From Bacteroidota bacterium (GTDB lineage: Bacteria; Bacteroidota; Bacteroidia; Chitinophagales; Chitinophagaceae): 60,532 nt of DNA. Below, piece by piece: positions 39,443 to 48,271 of the stretch. A program made the position numbers and the translations under genes. Under the pieces are notes generated by a model. It was not told where the DNA came from and made no database searches. It saw only the letters and a program-made list of their open reading frames with translations. The first letter of the stretch is position 1. Each line of letters begins with the position of its first letter. The DNA lies in NCBI GenBank assembly GCA_025356235.1, contig JANXUL010000084.1, forward strand, positions 1-60,532, given 5' to 3'.

Positions 39443-40564
39443 ATGAAGCGTTCGGTAGAGATATCAGGGTATAGTTGGATGAAATTAGGGCTGCTACTAA
39501 TCATTGCACTGGCACTCGCATTTTTTTCATTTTTCCCTTTGCCCGTAGAAAAATGGTATTCAGTTGGCGTGTACCCCGGATTAGCGTCTTTACTCAGGAT
39601 ATTAACTGGCTGGGCACCTTTCAGCCTTGGCGACCTTATTTACAGTATTATCGTTATTTACTTGATTATCAATCTGATAAAAGGTGCCATCCTCGTCTAT
39701 CAAAAAAAATACACCCGGGAAAAGTTCTTTGCTTTTCTTTTCAGGTTGACAAAGGTTGTTTTATCGGCCTATATAATCTTTAAAATTTTATGGGGATTAA
39801 ATTATAACCGTTTGGGCATAGCCTACCAATTGGGGATCGCTAAAAAAGAATACACCAGGGAAGAAGTTATCCTGCTTACCAACCAACTGATTGAAAAAGT
39901 AAATGAATGCCGCAGGCAAATAAAAGATACGGTGCTGCCCGCCCCCGCCCTGGATACGATTTACCGGGAAGCTTTCCGCTCATATCAAACTGTTTCTTTG
40001 CAATATGATTTTTTAAATTACCGGAACCGTTCTGTAAAAGGCAGCCTTTTCAGCAGTTTGGGTGATTATATGGGTTTCTCAGGGTATTACAATCCTTTTA
40101 CCGGGGAAGCGCAGTTAAGAACCGATATTCCTAGGGCATTGATACCGTATATCACTTGTCACGAAATGGCCCACCAGCTGGGTTATGCAAGTGAGAGTGA
40201 AGCAAATTTTGTAGGGTACCTGGCTGCTGCTTCCTCGAACGATGTATATTTTCGTTACTCAGTTTACAATGACCTTTTTTCTTATGCGCAAGGCGAAGAG
40301 ATATTTATGGAGGGAAAGGAAAAAGATTTCAAGGCTTTTGAAACCATTATTAAATATAACCGCGACCATCTGGATTCATTGGTAAAAAAAGATAGGAAAG
40401 AGATCAGGGAATTTTTTAATAAACGAAAGAACCGCATTTCACCTGCCGTATCGGGTTTATATGACCAATACCTGAAAATGAATAAGCAATCAGCGGGCAT
40501 AAATAGTTATAATGAAGTGATCGGGTGGTTGATTGCATATCAGAAAAAGTACGGGAAGTTATAA
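39443..40564 (+). CDS. DUF3810 family membrane zinc-metallopeptidase-like protein
   Basis: N-terminal TMs, WGLNYNR, GYYNPFTGEAQ, HEMAHQLGYASESEANF (HExxH..E). Confidence 0.88.
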   Translation: MKRSVEISGYSWMKLGLLLIIALALAFFSFFPLPVEKWYSVGVYPGLASLLRILTGWAPFSLGDLIYSIIVIYLIINLIKGAILVYQKKYTREKFFAFLFRLTKVVLSAYIIFKILWGLNYNRLGIAYQLGIAKKEYTREEVILLTNQLIEKVNECRRQIKDTVLPAPALDTIYREAFRSYQTVSLQYDFLNYRNRSVKGSLFSSLGDYMGFSGYYNPFTGEAQLRTDIPRALIPYITCHEMAHQLGYASESEANFVGYLAAASSNDVYFRYSVYNDLFSYAQGEEIFMEGKEKDFKAFETIIKYNRDHLDSLVKKDRKEIREFFNKRKNRISPAVSGLYDQYLKMNKQSAGINSYNEVIGWLIAYQKKYGKL

Positions 40565-40569
40565 CGACA

Positions 40570-40697
40570 AGCGGTTAGCTGCTGGCCGCGAACTTTTAGT
40601 TTGATCGCAATGTATAGTTTTGCCATTTGATTTACTGACAATATTTTGATAGAAATCATACAGGAAAAACCACCGCTCACCGCTCAAAGCCGCAGCT
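40570..40697. repeat. Inverted pair of degenerate 7-mer (AGCGGTG-like) arrays
   Basis: agcggtt agctgct ggccgcg ... caccgct caccgct caaagc cgcagct. Confidence 0.5.
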
Positions 40698-41232
40698 AAA
40701 ACTTATTTTTCCACATCATACTTTCAATGGGTTTGTTAGGTTGGCCGCTGTATTTAGCGTTGGCTTTCTGGTTGTACTTTACTTCAATTTCGCCATCCAC
40801 CGGAAAATAGATCAATTGACCAATGGGCATGCCTTTATAAATTTTTACGGGTTGCTTGCAGGATATTTCCAGTGTCCAGTTTCCGCAGAAACCTACATCG
40901 CCTTTACCAGCTGTGGCGTGAATATCAATACCCAAACGGCCTGTAGAAGATTTTCCTTCAAGAAAAGGTACATGGGCATGGGTTTCGGTATATTCATCCG
41001 TAACGCCTAAATAAAAAGCATGTGGCTGCAATACAAAGCCTTCTTCAGGTATTTCAAAATATTCGATTTTATTGTGTTTTTTAGCATCCAGTTCTGCATC
41101 TACATAAGTGGCCAGCCATTTTCCAAGGTGAACGTCATAGCTGTTGCTGCCCAGGTCCTCACGGTTATAGGGTACTATTTTAATGGTGCCTTTGGCCATT
41201 TCTTCTAGTATGCGCGAATCTGTCAGGATCAT
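40696..41232 (-). CDS. dcd: dCTP deaminase
   Basis: MILTD, SYDVHLG, EGKSSTGRLG, GDVGFCGNWTLEI, IGQLIYF. Confidence 0.95.
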   Translation of the reverse strand: MILTDSRILEEMAKGTIKIVPYNREDLGSNSYDVHLGKWLATYVDAELDAKKHNKIEYFEIPEEGFVLQPHAFYLGVTDEYTETHAHVPFLEGKSSTGRLGIDIHATAGKGDVGFCGNWTLEISCKQPVKIYKGMPIGQLIYFPVDGEIEVKYNQKANAKYSGQPNKPIESMMWKNKF

Positions 41233-41302
41233 TCTTTGACTATTTATAGGTTGAGATGCAAATAAACCTTAAATCTGCAATCTAATTTCTAAATATTGTG
41301 CC

Positions 41303-41932
41303 GTGCCACTGTTTTATCAACAAGATATTAACGAAACAACCAAACTGGGTGTTTGGAAGATAGAAGAAACTGAATCATTTTTTCTTCAGGCTGTTCCATT
41401 GCAGCGTAACATTACGCATTCGCATAAGCGTTTGCAGCATTTGGCCGGCCGTTATTTGTTGCCTTACCTGTTCCCTGATTTTCCGAATGATGAAATTGAA
41501 ATTGCGGATACGCGAAAACCATTTTTACCCGGCGAGAAATACCATTTCTCCATATCCCATTGCGGCGATTATGCTGCTGTGATTGTAAGTAGTAATGAAA
41601 GGGTAGGTATAGATATTGAAATGATTACAGCACGTGTTGAAAGGATCAAGTACAAATTCCTCAACGCTGATGAGCTGACTTTTGTGCATGGGTATGAAAT
41701 GCATTTACAAATACCCTTGCTAACGCTTCTTTGGAGTGCCAAAGAAGCGATGTTTAAATGGTGGGGCAGTGGAGACGTGGATTTTAGTGAGGCATTGCTG
41801 ACAAAAAATTTCCTTTTTGCTGCAACAGGAATTATTCCTGCTGTATTTCACAAAGATGTATGTGCAGTTTCGTTGGCTGTACATTATCAGATGAGAGAAG
41901 GATTGAGTCTTGCGTGGGTAGTGGGTGGATAA
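41303..41932 (+). CDS. 4'-phosphopantetheinyl transferase (Sfp/EntD-like)
   Basis: RKPFL..FSISH, VGIDIE, WSAKEAMFK. Confidence 0.92.
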   Translation: MPLFYQQDINETTKLGVWKIEETESFFLQAVPLQRNITHSHKRLQHLAGRYLLPYLFPDFPNDEIEIADTRKPFLPGEKYHFSISHCGDYAAVIVSSNERVGIDIEMITARVERIKYKFLNADELTFVHGYEMHLQIPLLTLLWSAKEAMFKWWGSGDVDFSEALLTKNFLFAATGIIPAVFHKDVCAVSLAVHYQMREGLSLAWVVGG

Positions 41933-42106
41933 ATGGGTTAATGAGGTTAGAATGTTTAAAGAGGGTTAAAGACGTTAAATGGGTTAAGGACATTAAATGG
42001 GGTTAAAACGGTTTAAATATTAAAACTTGTTCCGCCCCTCTATTTTTTTAACTTCTTTAACCATTCTAACGTCTTTAACCTCTTTAACCCTTTTAACGTT
42101 CTCATA
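41927..42106. repeat. Head-to-head arrays of 9-mer GTTAAAGAN forming a long imperfect inverted repeat
   Basis: ~10 forward units (ggttaatga ggttagaat..ggttaaaga cgttaaatg..) and ~6-7 reverse units (ttctttaac cattctaac gtctttaac ctctttaac..). Confidence 0.85.
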
Positions 42107-42112
42107 CCCTTC

Positions 42113-43219
42113 CTAATCATCAAACTTACTCTTCGTTTTAGGAACCAGCAGCAGGTTTTTCTGCAATGATTGCTTCAACTGTATTTTCACCAACTGCCCC
42201 ATTGTTCTTGCTTTGTGGAAGATGGTTGTATTTGAAAAATGGGCTGACAGCTCCTCTTTAAGTTGTTCTATTTTCTCATTTTTCGAAATGGTATCGTGTG
42301 CCATAATATCCAGTATTTCTTTTACCCGGTAACGGGATGAAACCAGGCGGAACGTCATCATGGTTCGCTCTTCTGCCTGGTACTGTGCAATGGAATCTTT
42401 ATCGAGGTGTTTAACAACAATAGCTACAAGGTTTTTATTCTCCTTAAAAAATTGTGGCAGGTATAAATTCTTTCTCCCTTCATAAGATTGCTGGTCAAAA
42501 TCTATGGCGCGGATGCGGTATTGGAAATCCTCAATATCAGGTGTGATGTTCACCACGAAATTATAAGACCGCATATCGCCCAGTAAATGAACAAAACAGC
42601 GTTCATTGAATTTTACAAATTCTTTGGCCAGGCGTATCAGGTTGGTATTGGAATCATTCAGATAATCAGTGATAAAAATATCGCCGGGGATACCGGGTAT
42701 ATGTTCTTCAATCAAGGTACTGTTATTGGTAAAATACGTCATCCGGTTGGGAGAGAGAAGGTGCTCCAGTTCTAGTCCGTAAATACGGCTCGCATCCGCC
42801 TGTTTAATGTAATAGTGGTCATAATTATCATTAAACTTATTTACGATGCGTATACGGAATGGCTGACTGTTTCCAAAATAACAGAAATCAATCCTGGCCA
42901 CATCGAGGTGATTGATAAAACTCATATCCCCTTCTGTTTTCAGGATGGCATAAATGCGAACGAGGTTCTCGCGCAGGAATTCCCATTCATGCATATCGTA
43001 AGAGGCTTTTTCCCAGGAAGTTTCTTTGCCATGTTTGTCTGTTAATGGAACAGTATATGTATATCGCTGCAGGTCCTGGTAACTTACCGGTAGCTTTACT
43101 TCCCGGCCATATTTAACGAGGTATTGCCGTAAATGATCGTTTACGGGAAAGATGGGTTTCTTTCTTGAGGGCCTGTCGGGCTGATCGGAGAGGGTGATAT
43201 TTTCAAAACTGTTAATCAA
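42113..43219 (-). CDS. Hypothetical protein with atypical kinase-like (HipA/PI3K-like) motifs
   Basis: YYIKQAD, GLELE, IEEHIPG, LLGDMRSYNF, IRAIDFDQ; TTG start overlaps the upstream gene by 8 nt. Confidence 0.75.
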   Translation of the reverse strand: MINSFENITLSDQPDRPSRKKPIFPVNDHLRQYLVKYGREVKLPVSYQDLQRYTYTVPLTDKHGKETSWEKASYDMHEWEFLRENLVRIYAILKTEGDMSFINHLDVARIDFCYFGNSQPFRIRIVNKFNDNYDHYYIKQADASRIYGLELEHLLSPNRMTYFTNNSTLIEEHIPGIPGDIFITDYLNDSNTNLIRLAKEFVKFNERCFVHLLGDMRSYNFVVNITPDIEDFQYRIRAIDFDQQSYEGRKNLYLPQFFKENKNLVAIVVKHLDKDSIAQYQAEERTMMTFRLVSSRYRVKEILDIMAHDTISKNEKIEQLKEELSAHFSNTTIFHKARTMGQLVKIQLKQSLQKNLLLVPKTKSKFDD

Positions 43220-44480
43220 GTAAAATTGGGTCAGTGTCTTCTAATAAATTCAGGTTAACATCATTACCGGCAATACCTTCTACTGAACCTTTGATGTGGG
43301 CTGCGTTCAGTAATACTTTTTCCAGTTGTTTTTCACGCGCTTTCCATAATTTTTCCATGGCATCGCGTTCGCGTTGTATGCTGAGCTTCATGCTCATGAA
43401 ACCTTCGCGGATGGCTTTCCAGTTTTCGCTGAATTCGCTTCCGGTTAAATAATCATACAGCATGTGCATCTTATCGCCTTTGTTATCCTGGCTTTTTTTA
43501 GCATCTGCTATTTTAATGATGGCGTCGCGCAACAGTAAAGCAACACTTCTTACTTCGGTAAACGTACAAACATACACCCCGTTTTTTTCTCCAAACCGCT
43601 CCATATCTTTTGGCAGTGCCTGCGTAACAATTACGGCAACATCGGCACCTAGCGTGCGCATATCTGATTTTAGTTTTTCTATCCAATCGTTCTGAAAGTC
43701 TTTTGTACGTTTACTTTCATAAATAATCTTGCCGGTCTCATTGCCAAAATGATTACGCACTACCTGAATACAATCAGCTCCCCGAACGCCTTTACCCACT
43801 TCTTCTATTTTATCAAAAGGGAAAGTGGCCTGTAATAATTCCTGCAGCAAAAGTTCCTGCACTTCGCCCTGTAACTGCATGCTGCCCTGTTCGGATTTGC
43901 GGCGCATTTCATCGGCGAGTTTTTTCTGGTCTTCCAGTTGCTTTTCCAGTTCTTTTGTACGTAACAGGTATTCCTGTTCTTTCAGGCTTACCCTTTCGGT
44001 TTCTTCTTTCAGTAATTGTTCTTTTAGTTTTCCCCTCTCTTCCATTAACTGGCGTTGCAGGGTGAGTTGCAGTTCTTCTTCCTTTATTTTTAAAGCCTGT
44101 TCTTTCTGCAGGAATTCCAGCTCTTTTTGACGGGCTTCTTTTAATTTTTCTTGATTTTCTGCTGCGTTCTGCTGTAACATTTTTAGCTCATTCTCAAAAT
44201 CTGTAGCGACGGATTTAGTTATTGATTCTTTCAGCTCAAGGGATATTTTTTGCTTTTCCTGCAGTAGTCTTTGAGAAAAAAGCTCATTTTCTTTTTTCTT
44301 TTTTTCTTCAAAGGTTTTTTGTTCATCAGTCAATTTCTGCTTTTCAACCTCTACCGCATGGAGTGAATTACTAAGTTTTTCCTGAAACTCTTTTTGATAC
44401 TTGAGCTCAAGTTCTGCTGATAAAACATTTTCAATATCAAATTCATGCCCGCAATTGGGGCATTTAATATCAGTTGCCAT
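43212..44480 (-). CDS. DUF2130 family protein (Zn ribbon, coiled coil, PD-(D/E)xK-like C-terminus)
   Basis: IKCPNCGH, long coiled coil, QGSMQLQGEVQE, FPFDKIEEVGKGVRGAD, IYESKRTK. Confidence 0.9.
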   Translation of the reverse strand: MATDIKCPNCGHEFDIENVLSAELELKYQKEFQEKLSNSLHAVEVEKQKLTDEQKTFEEKKKKENELFSQRLLQEKQKISLELKESITKSVATDFENELKMLQQNAAENQEKLKEARQKELEFLQKEQALKIKEEELQLTLQRQLMEERGKLKEQLLKEETERVSLKEQEYLLRTKELEKQLEDQKKLADEMRRKSEQGSMQLQGEVQELLLQELLQATFPFDKIEEVGKGVRGADCIQVVRNHFGNETGKIIYESKRTKDFQNDWIEKLKSDMRTLGADVAVIVTQALPKDMERFGEKNGVYVCTFTEVRSVALLLRDAIIKIADAKKSQDNKGDKMHMLYDYLTGSEFSENWKAIREGFMSMKLSIQRERDAMEKLWKAREKQLEKVLLNAAHIKGSVEGIAGNDVNLNLLEDTDPILLD

Positions 44481-44519
44481 CTAGTATTTTTTTACAAAGT
44501 AAGCCTAAGCTATCAGAAA

Positions 44520-44548
44520 TAAAAACCCGGCTCATTTGAGCCGGGTTT
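44520..44548 (-). terminator. Terminator downstream of tRNA-Leu
   Basis: aaaaacccggctc-attt-gagccgggttt. Confidence 0.85.
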
Positions 44549-44549
44549 G

Positions 44550-44635
44550 TGCGGAAGAGGAGATTCGAACTCCCACGCCCGGTAAAAGGCGCTACCACCT
44601 CAAAGTAGTGCGTCTACCAATTTCGCCACCTCCGC
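44550..44635 (-). tRNA. tRNA-Leu (GAG)
   Basis: GCGGAGG/CTTCCGC acceptor stem, D-arm GGCGAAATTGGTAGACGC, anticodon arm CTACT-TTGAGGT-GGTAG, long variable arm, GTTCGAATC; CCA not encoded; TACATTTG -7 element at 44650-44657. Confidence 0.97.
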
Positions 44636-44708
44636 GTATTAAAGGACCGCAAATGTAAAGGAAAAAGAGTTAATCTGTAAATACAGATACTTTAGAATTT
44701 TAAACGGA

Positions 44709-44764
44709 TTTTGCTGCAGATTCACAGGTCAGATGAGTGAAAATCTGTGAATCCGTAGCGAAAA
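44709..44764. repeat. Imperfect hairpin built from CACAGATT/ATCTGTGAA-like units
   Basis: tttgctgcagattcacagg / tctgtgaatccgtagcgaaa between argS and the tRNA. Confidence 0.55.
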
Positions 44765-44783
44765 AACTCGTACTGAGTTATTT

Positions 44784-46568
44784 TTACATTCTTTCAGGAA
44801 CCCTGATGCCTAATACATTCATCCCTGTTTTAATAACCTGTGCCGTAAGCTGGGATAACTGTAACCGTACTATTTTCTTTTCTTCACTTTCTGCATTGGC
44901 AATGGAATGTTCTGTGTAAAAAGAATTGAATGTTTTAGCGAGGTTGAATATATAGATCGCCACTTTTGAAGGATCATGATTGGTAGCCGCTTCTTCTAAA
45001 ACGGAAGGGAACATTTCGAGATGAAGGGCTATAGCTTTTTCTGAGGGAAATAAAGTTGCCGCTTTGTGGTTGCTGGTTGTGGATTGTGTTATCCCGGATT
45101 TTCTTATAATACTTTTAATTCTCGCGTGGGTATACTGAATGAATGGGCCGGTGAAACCGTGAAAGTCAATACTCTCTTCAGGATTGAAGACCATTTTCTT
45201 TCTCGGGTCAACGCGCAATAAAAAAAACTTTAGTGCGCCAAGCCCAATGATATCATATAATTCAGCTAATTCTTCAGTTGTAAAATCTTTTACTTTTCCT
45301 AATTCCTCCGTTTTTTGCCTGGCGATATTGATCATTTCTTCTACCAGATCGTCTGCATCTACCACAGTACCTTCACGGCTCTTCATTTTACCGGTTGGCA
45401 ATTCAACCATACCATAACTTAAATGAAAGATACCATCAGCGGAAGGCAGGCCTAATTTCTGGCAGATTAGTTTCAATACTTTAAAATGATAATTCTGTTC
45501 ATCACCCACCACATAAATACTTTGTGCCGAATTGAATTCTTTTTGCTTTTGTTCGGCGAGCCCAATATCCTGTGTGATGTAAACAGATGTGCCGTCTTTC
45601 CTTCTCACTATTTTTTCATCCAATCCATCAGCTGTCAGATCTATCCATACACTGCCATCTTCTTTTTGAAAAAAAACGCCTTTTGCAAGACCGGTATCAA
45701 CCAAATCCTTCCCTAATAAATAAGTATTGCTTTCGTAGTAGGTTTTATCAAAATCACTACCTATCTTTTTATACGTAATAGCAAATCCTTCATATACCCA
45801 ACTGTTCATGTTGTGCCAGAGCTCCATTACATCCGGCTTATCGGCCTCCCAATCAAGCAGCATTTGTTGGGTGGCTTTCATAATGGGCGCTTCTTTTTCT
45901 GCTTCTTCCTGTGTTTTACCCTTTACTTTCAGATCCTCTATTTCTTTTTTATAGGCATCATTAAACTTTACATAATAATCGCCTACAAAATGGTCACCTT
46001 TTTTCCCTTCCGTTTTTGGGGTGGCGCCATTGGCAAATAGCTGCCAGGCAATCATACTTTTACAAATATGTATGCCCCGGTCGTTTACAATACAGGTTTT
46101 CACTACTTCATTACCGGAAGCTTTTAATATCTCAGCAATACTTCTTCCTAAAAAATTATTTCGTAAATGGCCAAGGTGAAGCGGTTTGTTGGTGTTGGGA
46201 GAAGAATATTCCACCATTACTTTTTGACCGTTATCGGCGGCTTGTCCAAAACCAGGATTCTGGTAATTTGTTCCCAAGAAAGCGAGCCAGTAACTATCAG
46301 AAACGGTCAGGTTTAAAAAGCCTTTGATCACATTAAACCCTGTAAAAAGCGAAGAATGCTGCGCAACAATGTATTCTCCCAATTCCTGTCCTAAAGCATC
46401 GGGCGATTTTTTCAATTGTTTTATAAAGGTAAATAGCACAACAGTATAATCGCCCGCAAATTCCGGTTTTGTTTCATTTACCAATACATCATTGGCCTGC
46501 AATTCAATACTAAACAAGTGATTGATAGCCTTTGCTGTAGCCTCTTTTATTTGTGTAACAACGCTCAT
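44784..46568 (-). CDS. argS: Arginine--tRNA ligase
   Basis: VEYSSPNTNKPLHLGHLRN, KMKSREG, GPFIQYTHARI, terminal PERM; TACTTTTG -7 element at 46590-46597. Confidence 0.98.
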   Translation of the reverse strand: MSVVTQIKEATAKAINHLFSIELQANDVLVNETKPEFAGDYTVVLFTFIKQLKKSPDALGQELGEYIVAQHSSLFTGFNVIKGFLNLTVSDSYWLAFLGTNYQNPGFGQAADNGQKVMVEYSSPNTNKPLHLGHLRNNFLGRSIAEILKASGNEVVKTCIVNDRGIHICKSMIAWQLFANGATPKTEGKKGDHFVGDYYVKFNDAYKKEIEDLKVKGKTQEEAEKEAPIMKATQQMLLDWEADKPDVMELWHNMNSWVYEGFAITYKKIGSDFDKTYYESNTYLLGKDLVDTGLAKGVFFQKEDGSVWIDLTADGLDEKIVRRKDGTSVYITQDIGLAEQKQKEFNSAQSIYVVGDEQNYHFKVLKLICQKLGLPSADGIFHLSYGMVELPTGKMKSREGTVVDADDLVEEMINIARQKTEELGKVKDFTTEELAELYDIIGLGALKFFLLRVDPRKKMVFNPEESIDFHGFTGPFIQYTHARIKSIIRKSGITQSTTSNHKAATLFPSEKAIALHLEMFPSVLEEAATNHDPSKVAIYIFNLAKTFNSFYTEHSIANAESEEKKIVRLQLSQLTAQVIKTGMNVLGIRVPERM

Positions 46569-46627
46569 AATCTTAACAATTTCGGCTGGCAAAAGTAACC
46601 AATTAAGCCCTACCTTCGCCGCGAGTT

Positions 46628-47125
46628 ATGCGAAAGCTGCATGAATATATTCGTAACCTGATTTTGGGGGTAGTGGATATTTTTTATCCACTGTTCAAAA
46701 AAGTCATGCCCTTACGAACTTTCCGTTATGCTGCCTGTGGCGGTTTTAATACTATTCTAGATATTACACTTTTCTTTATTTCGTACAATTTTATTTTACA
46801 TAAGCAACCGGTACACATTGCATTTTTAACTATCGGGCCGCATATTGCTGCTTTTTTAATAGGGTTCTGTGTTACATTCCCAATTGGGTTTTACCTGAGC
46901 CGTTATGTAGTATTTCAGGCCACTTCCGTTGGCAAAAGGAAACAGTTAAGAAAGTATTTCGTGGTCGTATCGGGATGCCTGTTTTTAAATTACGGGTTTC
47001 TGAAATTATTTGTAGATGTATTTGGCTGGTATCCTACCCCTTCTAAATTACTCACCACAGTTTTCGTTGTGATGTTCAGTTACCTTACGCAGAAGAACTA
47101 TACCTTCAGGCATGCCATGAGTTAG
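46628..47125 (+). CDS. GtrA family membrane protein
   Basis: FRYAACGGFNT, 4 TM, LSRYVVF, SYLTQKNYTF. Confidence 0.88.
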   Translation: MRKLHEYIRNLILGVVDIFYPLFKKVMPLRTFRYAACGGFNTILDITLFFISYNFILHKQPVHIAFLTIGPHIAAFLIGFCVTFPIGFYLSRYVVFQATSVGKRKQLRKYFVVVSGCLFLNYGFLKLFVDVFGWYPTPSKLLTTVFVVMFSYLTQKNYTFRHAMS

Positions 47126-47173
47126 TACAAACCCTCTATCGTTATTTATCGTATCTGCTAGATATACTTACGC

Positions 47174-48271
47174 ATGCGATCTGTTTTCTCATTATTATTT
47201 TGTTCGGTATTATTCACCTGTTTTAGTCAGGATGATTCGGTAGGGGTATTACAAAAACCAGAACCTGTTATTGGCGTAAAGATACATTATGGTACCATTT
47301 ATGTTCATACCAGTTCTGTACAGAATGTTGCAGGCGCACGGCCTTATGGTGTAGAGGTTGATATTGCCACCCAACGAAAAGACCAGGCTACATACCAGCT
47401 TTCAGGTGCGTATCCCAGGGCAGGCATTTCCTTCTCCTATTTTAATTATGATAGCCGGATACTCGGCCATTCGGCAGCCGTATCTTATTTTTTAGAACCT
47501 GTGTACAGACTATCAGACTATTGGCAGTTACAATTAAGAGGATCCGTAGGTATTACTTATCTAAGTAACCCTTACGATCCTGAAAAAAGCCCTGATAATA
47601 AAAGTTATAGTCAATACCTTAACCCCTATTTACAATTGGGTATTGGATTAGGCTACCGTATTAATAAACAGTTTAGCCTCGCCTTGCTGGCTAATTTTCA
47701 GCATGTTTCAAATGGGGGTTACACAGAACCCAATAGAGGTGTAAACTGGGTAACTGGTAGTGTGGGAATATGGCATAATGTAAATACTAGTTTCTTACCT
47801 AAATACCAGCGTGTACAAAATAAATTTTGGGAAGGTAAGCCTGTATGGGTGGAGCTGGGACTGATGTTTGTTCCGCAACAGGCCAATAGTAGTAAACTAA
47901 ATGCGCAACGGAAATTTATGGTAGGTGCATTGGTGCAGGTATCCAAACAAATAGGCGCGACAAATGCAATTACAGCAGGTACAGAAATTTATTACAATAA
48001 ATTTGAAAGGTCTGTACCCGATCCGCCCAATGAGAATGCCTCTCCTTATTTTGCAGGCATTCATGCTGGGCATGCGTTTTTATTCGGCAAAGTCATATTC
48101 AGTCAACAGATTGGTTGGTATGTATTTAATCAAACCAATTATTTCAGCAACTATTATCACCGCTGGGGATTAACTTACCAGGTTCAGAAACATTGGCTGA
48201 TAGGTGCGAATTTGAAAGCGCATTCGGATAATGCAGATTTTTTTGATATGCGTGTATTGTATAAGTTCTAG
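47174..48271 (+). CDS. Acyloxyacyl hydrolase / PagL-like outer-membrane protein
   Basis: Signal peptide, beta strands, FQHVSNGG..PNRGVN (PagL HxSN), C-terminal F. Confidence 0.8.
   Translation: MRSVFSLLFCSVLFTCFSQDDSVGVLQKPEPVIGVKIHYGTIYVHTSSVQNVAGARPYGVEVDIATQRKDQATYQLSGAYPRAGISFSYFNYDSRILGHSAAVSYFLEPVYRLSDYWQLQLRGSVGITYLSNPYDPEKSPDNKSYSQYLNPYLQLGIGLGYRINKQFSLALLANFQHVSNGGYTEPNRGVNWVTGSVGIWHNVNTSFLPKYQRVQNKFWEGKPVWVELGLMFVPQQANSSKLNAQRKFMVGALVQVSKQIGATNAITAGTEIYYNKFERSVPDPPNENASPYFAGIHAGHAFLFGKVIFSQQIGWYVFNQTNYFSNYYHRWGLTYQVQKHWLIGANLKAHSDNADFFDMRVLYKF

Noticed and set aside
41927-42106. Possible CRISPR array
   Set aside because: Units are 9 nt and contiguous with no unique spacers; no cas genes in the window
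42113-44635. tRNA-Leu-anchored genomic island or prophage
   Set aside because: No integrase, and I found no duplicated tRNA 3' end; the tRNA has its own terminator
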